A stretch of DNA of 64,000 bases from an uncultured Caldilineaceae bacterium (GTDB lineage Bacteria > Chloroflexota > Anaerolineae > Caldilineales > Caldilineaceae). Where the stretch lies: contig CALNXY010000002.1 in NCBI GenBank assembly GCA_942490705.1, forward strand, positions 103,980-167,979, written 5' to 3'. The notes beneath the pieces are model-generated. The model did not search any database and was not told the DNA's origin. It worked only from the letters and a program-made list of their open reading frames with translations. Of the stretch, positions 8,872 to 18,612 are shown one piece after another (position 1 is the stretch's first letter; the number at the start of each line of letters is the position of its first letter). The position numbers were made by a program, and so were the translations under genes.

Positions 8872-9951
8872 TTATTTGCTCCATGCATCTGTCAGGACGC
8901 GCACCCAATTGCCGTGGGCAATGGCGGCGATATCGTGCTCGTCGTAGCCGCGCGCGCGCAGCAGATTGGGGATACGTTGCAGATCAGCGATCGTATCCAG
9001 GTCCTTGGGTGATTGTTCACGTCCAAAGCCGCCGTCCAAATCGCTGCCGATGGCGGCGTGGCGGCTGTTGCCCGCCAGCTGGCAGACATAGTCGATGTGA
9101 TCGACAACGGTATCGAGCGTCACGTCTGCGTTGTCATGATCCAGGCCAGACCAGTCGGGTTTCAGCATCCACGCATCAAACGCGGCGCCGATGACGCCGC
9201 CCCGGGCGATGATTGCCCGTAGTTGATCATCGCTGAACTGACGTTGATTAGGCACCAGGGCGCGACAGTTGTTATGAGAAGCCAATACGGCTCCATGATA
9301 ATGCTCCAACGCTTCCCAAAACGCTTGATCCGACAGATGGGTCAAATCAAGCAAGACGCCCAAGCGATCCATCTCGCGCAGCAGCGGCGGACCGAGGTCG
9401 GTCAGACCAAGCTCGGTCCCGGTTCCGCCCGCGTAGCGTCCGGGGCCGTAATGGGTCGGTCCAAGCAGCCGTAGCCCCAGTTCCCACCACTCGGCCAACT
9501 GATCCGGTGTCAAAATCGGATCGGCCCCCTCCATACTCAGGACGAATCCCAATGGCGGCGCCGGAGCCGACAGATCCTGCCCCGCCTCCCATTCTCGCCA
9601 TGCATCCATGTGGGTCGCAAGCCCTGCGCCCTCTTCAACGATACGAATGTGCCCCATCTGTGCGAGCGCACGATAGTAGGCGAGCTGACCGCGTGCGATG
9701 CCAAATGACTGCGCAGGCGCCGCAAAGTCGACATGGGCCACCGGGCGTCCGGTAGAGCGCGCCAGCAGGGTCGCAAAGGAGAGCGCAACCCTGCCCTGGC
9801 GCATCTCCGGCAAGGCCACGGTGTTGACGCCACGGCCTTTGCCCTCCATCGCCTGTTCTTGCGTACGGATCGTGTAGACTGACTCCAGCAGATTGCGATT
9901 CCACTGCAGTGCATTCCATGCGAGATCGAGATGAGCATCAATAAGCAGCAT
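8872..9951 (-). CDS. Membrane (renal-type) dipeptidase, peptidase family M19
   Basis: The ORF 8872..10095 was trimmed to the internal ATG at 9951 (MLLIDAHLDLAWN), which removes the overlap with the upstream SDR gene. Motifs IDAHLD, ASHNNCRAL..NQRQFSDDQL and GSDLDGGFG fit M19. Confidence 0.75.
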   Translation of the reverse strand: MLLIDAHLDLAWNALQWNRNLLESVYTIRTQEQAMEGKGRGVNTVALPEMRQGRVALSFATLLARSTGRPVAHVDFAAPAQSFGIARGQLAYYRALAQMGHIRIVEEGAGLATHMDAWREWEAGQDLSAPAPPLGFVLSMEGADPILTPDQLAEWWELGLRLLGPTHYGPGRYAGGTGTELGLTDLGPPLLREMDRLGVLLDLTHLSDQAFWEALEHYHGAVLASHNNCRALVPNQRQFSDDQLRAIIARGGVIGAAFDAWMLKPDWSGLDHDNADVTLDTVVDHIDYVCQLAGNSRHAAIGSDLDGGFGREQSPKDLDTIADLQRIPNLLRARGYDEHDIAAIAHGNWVRVLTDAWSK

Positions 9952-10024
9952 GACAGAGCAACCTCCGGTTGTCGCGAATCGTTTTCGAGCGGCTATTGTC
10001 CGCTTGAAAAATGCCTGCCCACAG

Positions 10025-10828
10025 CTACCAGGCAGTCCAGCCACCGTCGACGAGGATATTCTGCCCGGTGATGTAGCTGCCGGCATCACTAGCAAGGAGC
10101 ACCGTCACCCCCTTTAGCTCTTCAGGCAGCCCCATGCGTCTCAGAGGAACTCTGGTTTCAAGTCCCTCGATAAAGTCTGGCATGCCTTCCTTTACCCGTT
10201 GCGACGGAAATGGACCCGGGCTGATGGTGTTTACCCGAATACCGTCAGCGGCCCAATAGGCGGCAAGGTGCCGCGTCAGGTGCACAATGCCGCCTTTGAG
10301 GCCGTGATAGGTGGGCGGGCTGTTGATCTCTTGATCGATGTAAGCATCGGGATAGCTGGCCACGACGCCGTACATGCTGCCGATATTGATGATCGAACCG
10401 GAGGCCTGTCGCTCGCGTAGATGAAAAACAACCTCTCGCGCCAGCATGAAATAGGCCGTTACACCGGTGTGGTAGGCGCTGTCGAAGTCGGCTGCAGTGG
10501 CCGTGTCAATGCTTGGCGCGGTGCCGCCGTAGGCATTGTTTATGAGAATGTCGATACGTGACGTGCGCTCGACGATTCCCGCGACCAGCGCTGGAATGGA
10601 GTCGGTGTCGTTCTGTTCAAACTCCAGACCGAAATGACCATTCCCCGGTAGCGTCGCGGCAAACTCGGCAGCCTGCGCGGCCGATCGACTGGTAGCGACG
10701 ACGCGCGCGCCGGCTTCAGCCAGGGCGCGGCTCATGGCCGACCCGAGCCACCCTGCCGCGCCGGTGACGACGGCAACTCTACCATGCAAATTAAAGAGAT
10801 CATGGATCGAACGTTCGTTGGTCTGCAT
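10025..10828 (-). CDS. Short-chain dehydrogenase/reductase (SDR)
   Basis: 267 aa. VVTGAAGWLGSA cofactor motif, NNAY, and an S...YxxxK-type region (YHGLKGG). Confidence 0.85.
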   Translation of the reverse strand: MQTNERSIHDLFNLHGRVAVVTGAAGWLGSAMSRALAEAGARVVATSRSAAQAAEFAATLPGNGHFGLEFEQNDTDSIPALVAGIVERTSRIDILINNAYGGTAPSIDTATAADFDSAYHTGVTAYFMLAREVVFHLRERQASGSIINIGSMYGVVASYPDAYIDQEINSPPTYHGLKGGIVHLTRHLAAYWAADGIRVNTISPGPFPSQRVKEGMPDFIEGLETRVPLRRMGLPEELKGVTVLLASDAGSYITGQNILVDGGWTAW

Positions 10829-10863
10829 AGACTTGCTCCTTCGTTCCCAGTCTTTGCTCTGTG

Positions 10864-11658
10864 CTACTCGTCCGCGTCCGGGATGCGCAAGCCAAGCACA
10901 TAGCCGCCGTCCACACGCAATGTCGCGCCGGTGATATAGTCTGCTTCATCACTGGCGAGAAACGCCACAGCGTTGCCGATATCTTCGGGCGTGCCAAGCC
11001 GTTGCCACGGCATGCGCTTGGCTCCGGCGCGAATCTCTTCGTCGGTGGCAAAGGCGCGTTCGCCCGGCGTGTCGATCCAGCCTGGGTTGATGATATTGAC
11101 ATTGACGTGATTGCCGGTCAATTCTGCCGCCAACGTCGCGCCAAAATGATTGATCGCAGCCTTGGACATGTTGTAGGCCGCGCTGGTCGGTACCGCCAAC
11201 TCGGCATGCACTGAACTGATGAGCACGATCTTGCCGGCACTGCGACCGCGCTGCTCTTGCTCTACCATTTGGCGTGCCGCAAACTGGCAGGTATGAAAGA
11301 CGCCGAACTGGCTGACGGCAACCGTGCGCTCGACGCCGGCCCAATCTGCCTCAACAACAGGTTCACGTACCGAGACCGCGGCATTGGCGACGGCTATGTC
11401 AATTCGCCCAAAATGCTCTACGGTTCCGGCAACCATTGCCTCCACCGCACTGCGATCGGCAACATCTGCGCGCCAGAGGAGCGCGCGGCGACCGAGGGCA
11501 GCGACGGCATCAGCAACTTCCTGGGCTTCCTCGGGATGGGTACGATAGTGGACAACAACATCGGCCCCGTCTGCGGCAAGGCGGAGTGCGATACCGCGCC
11601 CAATTCCACGCGAAGCGCCTGTGACGAGTGCGATTCGACCGTCAAAACGATTTGTCAT
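10864..11658 (-). CDS. Short-chain dehydrogenase/reductase (SDR)
   Basis: The ORF was trimmed to MTNRFDGRIALVTGASRGIGRG (ATG at 11658). It has the classical TGxxxGIG motif, NAA, and YNMSKAA (YxxxK). Confidence 0.85.
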   Translation of the reverse strand: MTNRFDGRIALVTGASRGIGRGIALRLAADGADVVVHYRTHPEEAQEVADAVAALGRRALLWRADVADRSAVEAMVAGTVEHFGRIDIAVANAAVSVREPVVEADWAGVERTVAVSQFGVFHTCQFAARQMVEQEQRGRSAGKIVLISSVHAELAVPTSAAYNMSKAAINHFGATLAAELTGNHVNVNIINPGWIDTPGERAFATDEEIRAGAKRMPWQRLGTPEDIGNAVAFLASDEADYITGATLRVDGGYVLGLRIPDADE

Positions 11659-11692
11659 ACGATCCCTTTCCAATGAAGGCGAATAGAGATGC

Positions 11693-11711
11693 TGGTCTGG
11701 TAATAGGACCA
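11693..11711. promoter_or_regulatory. Operator-like imperfect palindrome TGGTCTGGTAATAGGACCA
   Basis: It lies 35 nt upstream of the minus-strand SDR operon start. Its reverse complement begins TGGTCCTAT, the same 9-mer as the site at 16762. Confidence 0.4.
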
Positions 11712-11872
11712 CTATGCCACATGGGTCAAATCAATGTCAATCCGCAAAAAATCATGCGGACGTTTGGTGTGAAACCGGGGACGCTCTGCTTGGTGACAGT
11801 CATTTCCCGGGGGGACAAGTTCCGTTTGGGGCGGCCCCCAAAATGGGGCAAATCGCTGGAAAATCGCGCCCA

Positions 11873-11901
11873 TTGACACTTGTCTGGTATTGCGGTACTG
11901 T
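11873..11901 (+). promoter_or_regulatory. Sigma-70-type promoter for the aminotransferase operon
   Basis: TTGACA (11873..11878), 17-nt spacer, TACTGT (11896..11901). It sits about 100 nt upstream of the ATG at 12008. Confidence 0.5.
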
Positions 11902-11912
11902 AACCGTACCAG
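11884..11912. promoter_or_regulatory. Operator-like nested palindrome CTGGTA-N17-TACCAG (inner GGTAC-N7-GTACC)
   Basis: Read directly. It overlaps the spacer and -10 of the promoter above. The GGT..ACC half-sites fit GntR/FadR-type operators. Confidence 0.4.
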
Positions 11913-12007
11913 TGTTGATGCTCGCTTGTTTTCATTGCACTCGATTGGTGAGTTGGATCAGCCTGTTTGTGACTACCCCGCGTGCAATTTTTGATAAGAG
12001 ACTGGCC

Positions 12008-13369
12008 ATGGCGGTGCAATCCATGAATCACTTGACAGATTATCCCGATGTCAGCGGTTCCTTAGCCGCCTATGCCAAAGCGGGGCGACTGATTCCGGGT
12101 TGGACGCAACTGATTAGTCGGCGCGCTGATCAGTTCGCCAATGGCGTTAGCCCCATCTATGCGCAGCGCGCCAAGGGGTCCCGTTTTGTCGACGTGGATG
12201 GGAACGAATACATTGATTGGGTGAACGCCGTTGGCGCCATTATTCTCGGCCACGCCGATGATGTGGTTGACGGCGCTGTGAAAGAGCAGATTGACCGCGG
12301 TAGCCTCTATACGCTCAACAGCCTCCTGGAGATTGAACTCGCTGAAGAATTGGTTGCGACCATCCCCAGCGCAGAGATGGTGCGCTACACCAAAGGAGGG
12401 GGCGAAGCGTGTGCGGTTGCAATCCGTATCGCCCGCGGCATAACGGGACGCGACAAAGTGCTCGTTTGCGGCTATCACGGCTGGCACGATTGGTATCAGG
12501 CCGCAAATTTTGGCGTCGATCCCGACAGCGGCGCCTACCCCTTTGCCGGCATTGAACCGACTGGCGTCCCCCGAGCGTTGGCAGATACGGTCCTCCCCTT
12601 TTCGTACGGCAATCTCGACATGCTCAAGCGCGTGCTCCTGGAAAATCGCGGCGAGGTCGCCGCGATCATGATGGAGCCTGCCCGTTCCGAACTCCCGCCG
12701 CCCAGCTATCTTGAAGGCGTACAGTCGTTGGCCGGCGAGCACGGCGTCATCCTGATCTTCGACGAAGTTTCCTGTGGCTGGCGGCTCGCAATTGGCGGCG
12801 TGCAGCAGGCGGTAGGCGTTACGCCGGACATGACGGTCGTGGCCAAGGCGATGTCAAACGGCTATGCAATGGGCGCCGTGGTCGGCGCACGGAGGGCCAT
12901 GGCGCCCGCCGCCAGAATGTTCATTTCCAGCTCGTACTGGAGCGACAATATTGGGCTGGCTGCGGCGCTCACAACGATTCGTGAGCTCAAGCGGCGCGAT
13001 GCCGAGGCTCGCTTTCGCGAGATTGGTGAACTGCTGCGTACCGCGCTGAACGATGCCCTTACCGCAGCCGGTCTTGCCGGCGCATGCGTTGGGCTATATA
13101 CCAATCCCTATCTGCAAATCACGCTGCCGGACGATAGCTTGCGGCCCAAAGTGAATACCCTCTTCGTGCAGGAAATGGCGCGGCGCGGCATTCACTGTCT
13201 GCCATCGTTCAAGGCCACGCTCGCACATACGCCGCGTGATATCGAGCAGACAGCGGCCGCGGCCTACGAGACGTTTCGCATTATTCGCCACGGTCTTGAA
13301 GCCGAGCGACTGGATGATCTGCTGGTTGCCGATCTGAAGAAAGAACCCTTTCGTCGTCAGGTACGCTGA
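12008..13369 (+). CDS. Class-III (HemL-like) PLP aminotransferase/aminomutase family protein
   Basis: The ORF 11714..13369 was trimmed to the ATG at 12008, because the upstream 98 codons overlap a promoter-like region. GYHGWHDWY, DEVSCGWR and VVAKAMSNGY (candidate PLP Lys) are typical of glutamate-1-semialdehyde aminomutase-like enzymes. Confidence 0.8.
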   Translation: MAVQSMNHLTDYPDVSGSLAAYAKAGRLIPGWTQLISRRADQFANGVSPIYAQRAKGSRFVDVDGNEYIDWVNAVGAIILGHADDVVDGAVKEQIDRGSLYTLNSLLEIELAEELVATIPSAEMVRYTKGGGEACAVAIRIARGITGRDKVLVCGYHGWHDWYQAANFGVDPDSGAYPFAGIEPTGVPRALADTVLPFSYGNLDMLKRVLLENRGEVAAIMMEPARSELPPPSYLEGVQSLAGEHGVILIFDEVSCGWRLAIGGVQQAVGVTPDMTVVAKAMSNGYAMGAVVGARRAMAPAARMFISSSYWSDNIGLAAALTTIRELKRRDAEARFREIGELLRTALNDALTAAGLAGACVGLYTNPYLQITLPDDSLRPKVNTLFVQEMARRGIHCLPSFKATLAHTPRDIEQTAAAAYETFRIIRHGLEAERLDDLLVADLKKEPFRRQVR

Positions 13370-13391
13370 AGCGCGATGGGACGATATCCTC

Positions 13392-14336
13392 GTGAAGAAC
13401 TCCAAAACACGTTATCCGCAAGCGATCCTTGTCTCCTGCGAAATTCCATGGGATGGGAGCGAGGCGTTGCTGGAAGATGTCTTTCGGCGTGAGGTGCGCC
13501 ATGTGTTGGCTCACTTTTCTCACCTCTATATCTTTGGCACCGCCGGTGAAGGCTATGCTGTCGACATGGCACGCTTTCGGCGGATAGTTGAGATTTTCTA
13601 CGCTGAAACCCGAGGAACCGGCGTCCATCCCATGGTCGGCGTTATTGGACTATCGACGGCAAATGTGGTCGAGCGACTTGCGCATGCGTATGCCGTCGGA
13701 TTTCGCACCTTTCAAATCTCACTGCCGGCATGGGGAGCGCTCAATGATCATGAATTGATGACCTTCTTTACCGATGTCTGCGGCTCGTTTCCAGCGGCAA
13801 ATTTCTTACACTACAACCTTCCCCGTGCGCAGCGCGTATTGACCGGCTCCGACTATCGCCGTCTTGTCGACGCAGTCCCCAACTTGGTGGCGACCAAGAA
13901 TACCGGTGGCGGTATCGCGAGGGCGACCGACCTCATGCGCAATGTGCCCGAGCTTCAGCACTTTTTTGGCGAAGCGAACTTTCCCTTTGGCTGCATGGAG
14001 GGCGAGTGCTCGTTGCTCGCATCGCTCGGGCCGATGACGCCGCAGAAGGTCTGGGCCTTTTTTGATGCCGGTCGTGCAGGCCGTTGGGACGAATGCTTCC
14101 GGCTGCAAAAGGGGCTACGCGATCTCCAGGGCAACGTGCTTGGGCCATTGTTTAGCCAACCACATCGATATATGGACGGCGCTTATGACAAAGTCCTCAA
14201 GCGTCTGGGCGGATTCGAGGAGATGCCGCTGAGTCTGCTTTCGCCCTATCAAGGTGTCAGTGAAGAAGCGTATCAGGAGTGCCGTGACATATTGTATACG
14301 CAGTACCCGGATTGGATCGCGTCCGATTTGGCGTGA
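13392..14336 (+). CDS. DapA/N-acetylneuraminate-lyase family (class I pyruvate aldolase-like) protein
   Basis: 314 aa with a GTG start. FGTAGEG (GTTGE-like) and VATKNTGG (candidate Schiff-base Lys) resemble the DHDPS/NAL family, but the sequence is divergent. Confidence 0.65.
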   Translation: MKNSKTRYPQAILVSCEIPWDGSEALLEDVFRREVRHVLAHFSHLYIFGTAGEGYAVDMARFRRIVEIFYAETRGTGVHPMVGVIGLSTANVVERLAHAYAVGFRTFQISLPAWGALNDHELMTFFTDVCGSFPAANFLHYNLPRAQRVLTGSDYRRLVDAVPNLVATKNTGGGIARATDLMRNVPELQHFFGEANFPFGCMEGECSLLASLGPMTPQKVWAFFDAGRAGRWDECFRLQKGLRDLQGNVLGPLFSQPHRYMDGAYDKVLKRLGGFEEMPLSLLSPYQGVSEEAYQECRDILYTQYPDWIASDLA

Positions 14337-14466
14337 CCCGTCTACGCACGATCAGCGAAAAAAGCCAGGGCATCGTCTCACGCGACGCGTCCAGGCGCTA
14401 TCTCCCATCAGTTGTCCGCCTCATGGTCGTCCGTATCGGATCCGCCATCATAAGATTGGGAAACTC

Positions 14467-15246
14467 ATGCAAAAAAGCCGAATTCTTCAGAAACTGCGTA
14501 GTGGAAAGACAACGCTGACCACGAGCAATAGTGCATATACATCCCCGCGCATTGCCGAAATGGTCGGGCTGCTCGACTTCGACGCTCTTTGGATTGACAT
14601 GGAGCATCAAGACTACGACTACAACCAGGTTTTCAACATGGCTTTGGCCTGTCGTGCCACCGGCCTTGACCCACTGGTTCGCATCCGCAAGGGTGATTAT
14701 TGGTCGTATTCACGGGCCTTTGAAGCGGGCGCCATCGGCATTATGGTGCCCCACTGCAAGTCCGGCGAGGAGGCCAAACAGATCGCCCGCGCTTCGCGTT
14801 TTTCGCCGTTGGGCATGCGCGGGCTGGATGGGGTCGAAGCGAGTGCGGATTATGGACTGGCGCCCATGGCTGAGTACATGGCTCATGCCAATCAAGAGAC
14901 CTTTGTTGTCGTACAGATCGAAGATGCGGAAGCAGTGGAGGACATCGATGCCATTGCCGCCACTGAAGGCATTGACGTGCTCTTCATTGGGCCGGCCGAT
15001 CTGAGCCAGAGCTTCGGCATTCCGCTGCAGATCGATCATGCGCTGATGCGGACGGCAGCCGCGCGCGTGGCCGAAGCCGCGGCTCGGCATGGCAAGTGGT
15101 GGGGCATCCCTGTAGCGACCGCACAACAGGGGGCCGAATACTATGAACTCGGCGCGCGTTTTCTTGCTTCGGGATCGGCCATCAGCATTCTTCGCCAAGG
15201 CTATATGGCGCTGCGGTCAGACTTTGATGAATTGCTGCAGCGCTGA
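14467..15246 (+). CDS. HpcH/HpaI family aldolase (2-keto-3-deoxy-acid aldolase type)
   Basis: The ORF 14254..15246 was trimmed to the ATG at 14467 (MQKSRILQKLRSGK). ...FDALWIDMEH..., VRIRKGD, MVPHCKSGEEA and FSPLGMRG are characteristic of HpcH/HpaI/RhmA aldolases. Confidence 0.8.
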   Translation: MQKSRILQKLRSGKTTLTTSNSAYTSPRIAEMVGLLDFDALWIDMEHQDYDYNQVFNMALACRATGLDPLVRIRKGDYWSYSRAFEAGAIGIMVPHCKSGEEAKQIARASRFSPLGMRGLDGVEASADYGLAPMAEYMAHANQETFVVVQIEDAEAVEDIDAIAATEGIDVLFIGPADLSQSFGIPLQIDHALMRTAAARVAEAAARHGKWWGIPVATAQQGAEYYELGARFLASGSAISILRQGYMALRSDFDELLQR

Positions 15247-15267
15247 TTCACGAATGGAGGGGGCCTC

Positions 15268-16410
15268 ATGAGTATTGGTTCAACTCACGCCGAACAACGG
15301 CAACAGACCCATCAATTGTTGCGTGCGCATGACATCAACACTGCACTCTTTTCTAACCCCCATTCGGTCGCGTGGCTAACCGGATTTGCAGCGCCGGTGC
15401 AGTTGGGCCCTAATCCATTTGCAGGCGGTCCGCCATTGCTCTGGTATGAGAACGGTCACTTCATCTTGTTGATTCTCGATGGATTGATGGGCATGACTGG
15501 CGCGCTTGGCGATGCCCCGGACTGTCAAGTTATTGCCTATCCCGGCTATACCATTGCACAACCGCTTGACAGTCCTGACGGTCTGCGCAGGGCACTGCGA
15601 AACGCGATGGGGCCGCACCGTGGTGCAATGCCGATCGGTGTCGAGACACAGACTCTGCCGGTTGCGCTGGCAGACGTACTCACCGATGCCGGGCGGGCTA
15701 GACCTGTGGCAATCGACGGCTGGCTCGATGCGCTGCGAATGGTCAAGACCGATGAGGAACTGGCTACGTTGCGCGCCAATTTTGCGCAAACCGACCTCGG
15801 CCATCGGGTTGCGCGGAAGGCCGTGCGATCCGGTCAGCGCGAGATCGACGTGTGGACCGAGATTCATGGCGCGATTGAGCGGGCTGCCGGCCATCGCGTA
15901 CCACTGGGCAACGATTGCGTGGTCAATACCCGCCAGGCCAATATTGGCGGCTGGCCGGAGGCGACTAGGCTTGGGCCGCAGGATTCGATGATCATCGATC
16001 TGAGCACGATAGATCAGGGCTATTGGAGTGATAGCTGCGCAACGTATTATGCGGGTGACCCTACTCCCGAACAGCGCACCGCCCATCAGCTTGTTGCTGA
16101 TGCCCTTGACTATGCCGTCAGCCTGGTACGTCCTGGGGTTAAGGCCAATACCATAGACCGAAAAACGCGTTCCTTCATTGTCGACGCAGGTTATCCCGAC
16201 TATCCCCATCATACTGGCCATGGCGTTGGTGTGAGCGGACACGAGGAGCCGCGCATTGTGCCCTACAATGAACAGGTGCTGGAGGAAGGCATGGTGATCA
16301 TGTTGGAACCTGGGATCTACCTGCCGGGCGAGATCGGCGTGCGGCTCGAGGACGCGCTGCTCGTCACTGCAGATGGCGCGGAAATCTTGACCAAGCACGA
16401 CAAATTATAG
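15268..16410 (+). CDS. M24 family metallopeptidase (Xaa-Pro dipeptidase/creatinase-like)
   Basis: 380 aa. HHTGHGVGVSGHEEP, MLEPGIY and VRLEDALLV are metal-ligand motifs of the pita-bread fold. Confidence 0.8.
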   Translation: MSIGSTHAEQRQQTHQLLRAHDINTALFSNPHSVAWLTGFAAPVQLGPNPFAGGPPLLWYENGHFILLILDGLMGMTGALGDAPDCQVIAYPGYTIAQPLDSPDGLRRALRNAMGPHRGAMPIGVETQTLPVALADVLTDAGRARPVAIDGWLDALRMVKTDEELATLRANFAQTDLGHRVARKAVRSGQREIDVWTEIHGAIERAAGHRVPLGNDCVVNTRQANIGGWPEATRLGPQDSMIIDLSTIDQGYWSDSCATYYAGDPTPEQRTAHQLVADALDYAVSLVRPGVKANTIDRKTRSFIVDAGYPDYPHHTGHGVGVSGHEEPRIVPYNEQVLEEGMVIMLEPGIYLPGEIGVRLEDALLVTADGAEILTKHDKL

Positions 16411-16733
16411 CGCGAGTCATTGTCTGCCGGCACAATGCCACGGACATCCTTACGCTTCGTCAACCGTAGAAGAAGTCGTTGAAAAGTCTGCGCTCCCGCT
16501 CTGACGGCGGTCGCGGACTCAAGTTTACCCCTGAAGGAGTCTCTTGCCATCCGCCTCCTTTCACGACTGTTGAGAAGCCCGGCCCTTCAAAATGGGGGCA
16601 TGTCAGATTCGGGGCGAAACGTGCCGTAGCCGCGCCACGGGCGCTCCGAGTGACCGAAATGGCCTGGATTGTCCCCGGCGCGTGCCATCTCGCCCTCAGC
16701 GCGAAATGCCTCCCTCTTCCAAAAAAAGGCTCG

Positions 16734-16762
16734 TTGACATATCTACAGGTGCGTGGTATTTT
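16734..16762 (+). promoter_or_regulatory. Sigma-70-type promoter of the GntR/FadR regulator gene
   Basis: TTGACA (16734..16739), 17-nt spacer, TATTTT (16757..16762). It sits about 80 nt upstream of the ATG at 16841. Confidence 0.55.
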
Positions 16763-16780
16763 GGTCCTATAAGAGTACCA
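16762..16780. promoter_or_regulatory. Operator-like imperfect palindrome TGGTCCTATAAGAGTACCA (candidate autoregulatory site)
   Basis: 14 of 19 positions are self-complementary. It overlaps the -10/+1 region of the regulator's promoter. Confidence 0.45.
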
Positions 16781-16840
16781 CTGGGGAATCTGCCCACTTT
16801 GGCCGCCATCGTTGATTCTTAGGAACACGATCTGTACGCA

Positions 16841-17554
16841 ATGCTGAAACCACTTGCGCGCGAAACACTGACTGTCCAGGCAACCGATACGCTGCGGCGC
16901 TTCATTTTGACAGAGGAACTCGGTGCTGGGTTCCAACTACCTAGCGAACGCGAGTTGAGTGAGATCCTCTCGGTAAGCCGCAACATCGTGCGCGAGGCGC
17001 TCAGCGTTCTGGTCGCGGAGAAACTGATTGTTAAGCGCGCAGGGCGGGGAATCTTTGTCACAGATTTTGACCGCTCCGCAATCATGCCCAAGATCGCGTT
17101 GACGGTCGACTATGACGGCCAGGATCTCAGTGCGCTGGCGGAAGCACGTGCTGTGGTTGAGCTTGGCGCCGTGGACTTGATGACCGAACGGATTCGGGCA
17201 GACCAATTTGCTGCGCTCACAGCCATCAACAAGTCGCTGGCGGAGAACCTGAGCACCGGGCGCAGTACCATCAGGTACGATATCGACTTCCACACAGTAT
17301 TGTTCGAATCGACCCACAATGCGGTGATCATTGATCTGATTCCATTACTGGTTGAGTTTTTTCGCCTATCGGTGATGCACCGGCCAATGACGATTCTACA
17401 CAACGCCGAGCGAATCATCGATGAACATCAACGCATTATCGATGCACTGAAGAGCAAAGAGCCGGCCGCAGTGCGCGACGCCCTGGTTACGCATCTGTAC
17501 CCAACGGATATCTCTGCGCCCGAGTCCGCGTGGCTAGCCATTGCTAACGAGTAA
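16841..17554 (+). CDS. GntR family transcriptional regulator, FadR subfamily
   Basis: 237 aa. It has an N-terminal winged HTH (LPSERELSEILSVSRNIVREAL) and an all-helical FCD-type C-terminal domain. Confidence 0.85.
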   Translation: MLKPLARETLTVQATDTLRRFILTEELGAGFQLPSERELSEILSVSRNIVREALSVLVAEKLIVKRAGRGIFVTDFDRSAIMPKIALTVDYDGQDLSALAEARAVVELGAVDLMTERIRADQFAALTAINKSLAENLSTGRSTIRYDIDFHTVLFESTHNAVIIDLIPLLVEFFRLSVMHRPMTILHNAERIIDEHQRIIDALKSKEPAAVRDALVTHLYPTDISAPESAWLAIANE

Positions 17555-17688
17555 TCCTTCGCGTCCTTTTACGTTCACTCATGCAGACGATAATCTGTTT
17601 GACCTCTAGACGGATCTCTTTGCTATGAGCTGATATCCGACCGGCACGCCGTACAACCACCTATCATTTGAACGACTGGAGAGGCGCA

Positions 17689-18612
17689 ATGACGATGATT
17701 CGCGGGATCTTGCCCGCGCTGCTCACACCCATGAATGAGGATGGGTCGGAGGTTAACTATGGGGCGTTGTCGGGACTGGTCGAGCGCCATCTGGCAGCAG
17801 GCGTTGACGGCTTCTTCGTCTGTGGTGGATCGGGCGAGGGGCTGCTGTTGCGGCCCGAAGAGAGGCGTGCGATTCTCGGAAATGTTGTGGAACAGGTCGG
17901 TGATCGGGCAGTGATCATTGCCCACGTAGGTGCAATGGCAACGCAAGATGCCGTGGCGCTGGCTGCCCACGCTGCAAGCTTGAATGTAGCCGCCATCGCC
18001 GCGGTCCCGCCGATCTACTTTCGGGTAGACGATGACGCCCTTTGTGAACACTACCGCCTGATCGGTGATGCCGCACCCCGTACGCCCCTATGGGTCTACC
18101 AAATTCCAAGTGCAACCGGCGTCAATATCAACATGACCAAAATGACGCGGCTGCTTGAGACCGGCAACGTCTCCGGGATAAAGTATTCGTCCTACGATCT
18201 TTATGACATGGCCAACATACTGGCGCTGCCCCAGTCCGTCAATGTGCTGTCGGGCTTTGATGAAGTACTGGTTGCCGCGCTCAGCATGGGCGCACACGGC
18301 GCCATCGGCAGTACGTACAACGTGTTGCCTACGACCTTTGTCCGCCTCTATCGGACAGCGCAGGCCGGTGACTGGGCCGAGGCGCAAGCCCTGCAAAAGC
18401 GTGCCAATCGCGTCATTCAGGCACTCTTGACAGCCCCATTGATGGCTGGACTGAAGGCAATCCTAACCGATCAGGGGATTCCCTGTGGCGTCCCGCGGCG
18501 ACCAATTCCTGCACTCGATGCGGAAACGATCCGGGCGTACCTGCAACGGGTCAATGCGGCTGGGCTGAGCGATTTGGAGGCTGAGTCACGCCAACTCATC
18601 GCAACGCCATGA
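17689..18612 (+). CDS. DapA/N-acetylneuraminate lyase family protein
   Basis: The ORF was trimmed to the ATG at 17689, which follows GGAGAGG. GILPALLTPM, CGGSGEG, YQIP and GIKYSS (Schiff-base Lys context) are typical of NAL/DHDPS enzymes. Confidence 0.8.
   Translation: MTMIRGILPALLTPMNEDGSEVNYGALSGLVERHLAAGVDGFFVCGGSGEGLLLRPEERRAILGNVVEQVGDRAVIIAHVGAMATQDAVALAAHAASLNVAAIAAVPPIYFRVDDDALCEHYRLIGDAAPRTPLWVYQIPSATGVNINMTKMTRLLETGNVSGIKYSSYDLYDMANILALPQSVNVLSGFDEVLVAALSMGAHGAIGSTYNVLPTTFVRLYRTAQAGDWAEAQALQKRANRVIQALLTAPLMAGLKAILTDQGIPCGVPRRPIPALDAETIRAYLQRVNAAGLSDLEAESRQLIATP

Noticed and set aside
11714-12007. N-terminal 98-codon extension of the aminotransferase ORF. Similar extensions occur at 9952..10095, 14254..14466, 4351..4440, 60877..61005 and 42515..42673.
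   Set aside because: The extensions overlap promoters or neighbouring genes, lack homology-like sequence, and are followed by internal starts with better RBS context and canonical family N-termini.
15376-16398. 340-aa minus-strand ORF antisense to the M24 peptidase. Other long antisense ORFs occur at 59117..60175, 31249..32190, 32313..33095, 23552..24337, 49796..50452 and 12062..12742.
   Set aside because: All are shadow ORFs opposite genes with strong family motifs. None has an RBS or a plausible composition.
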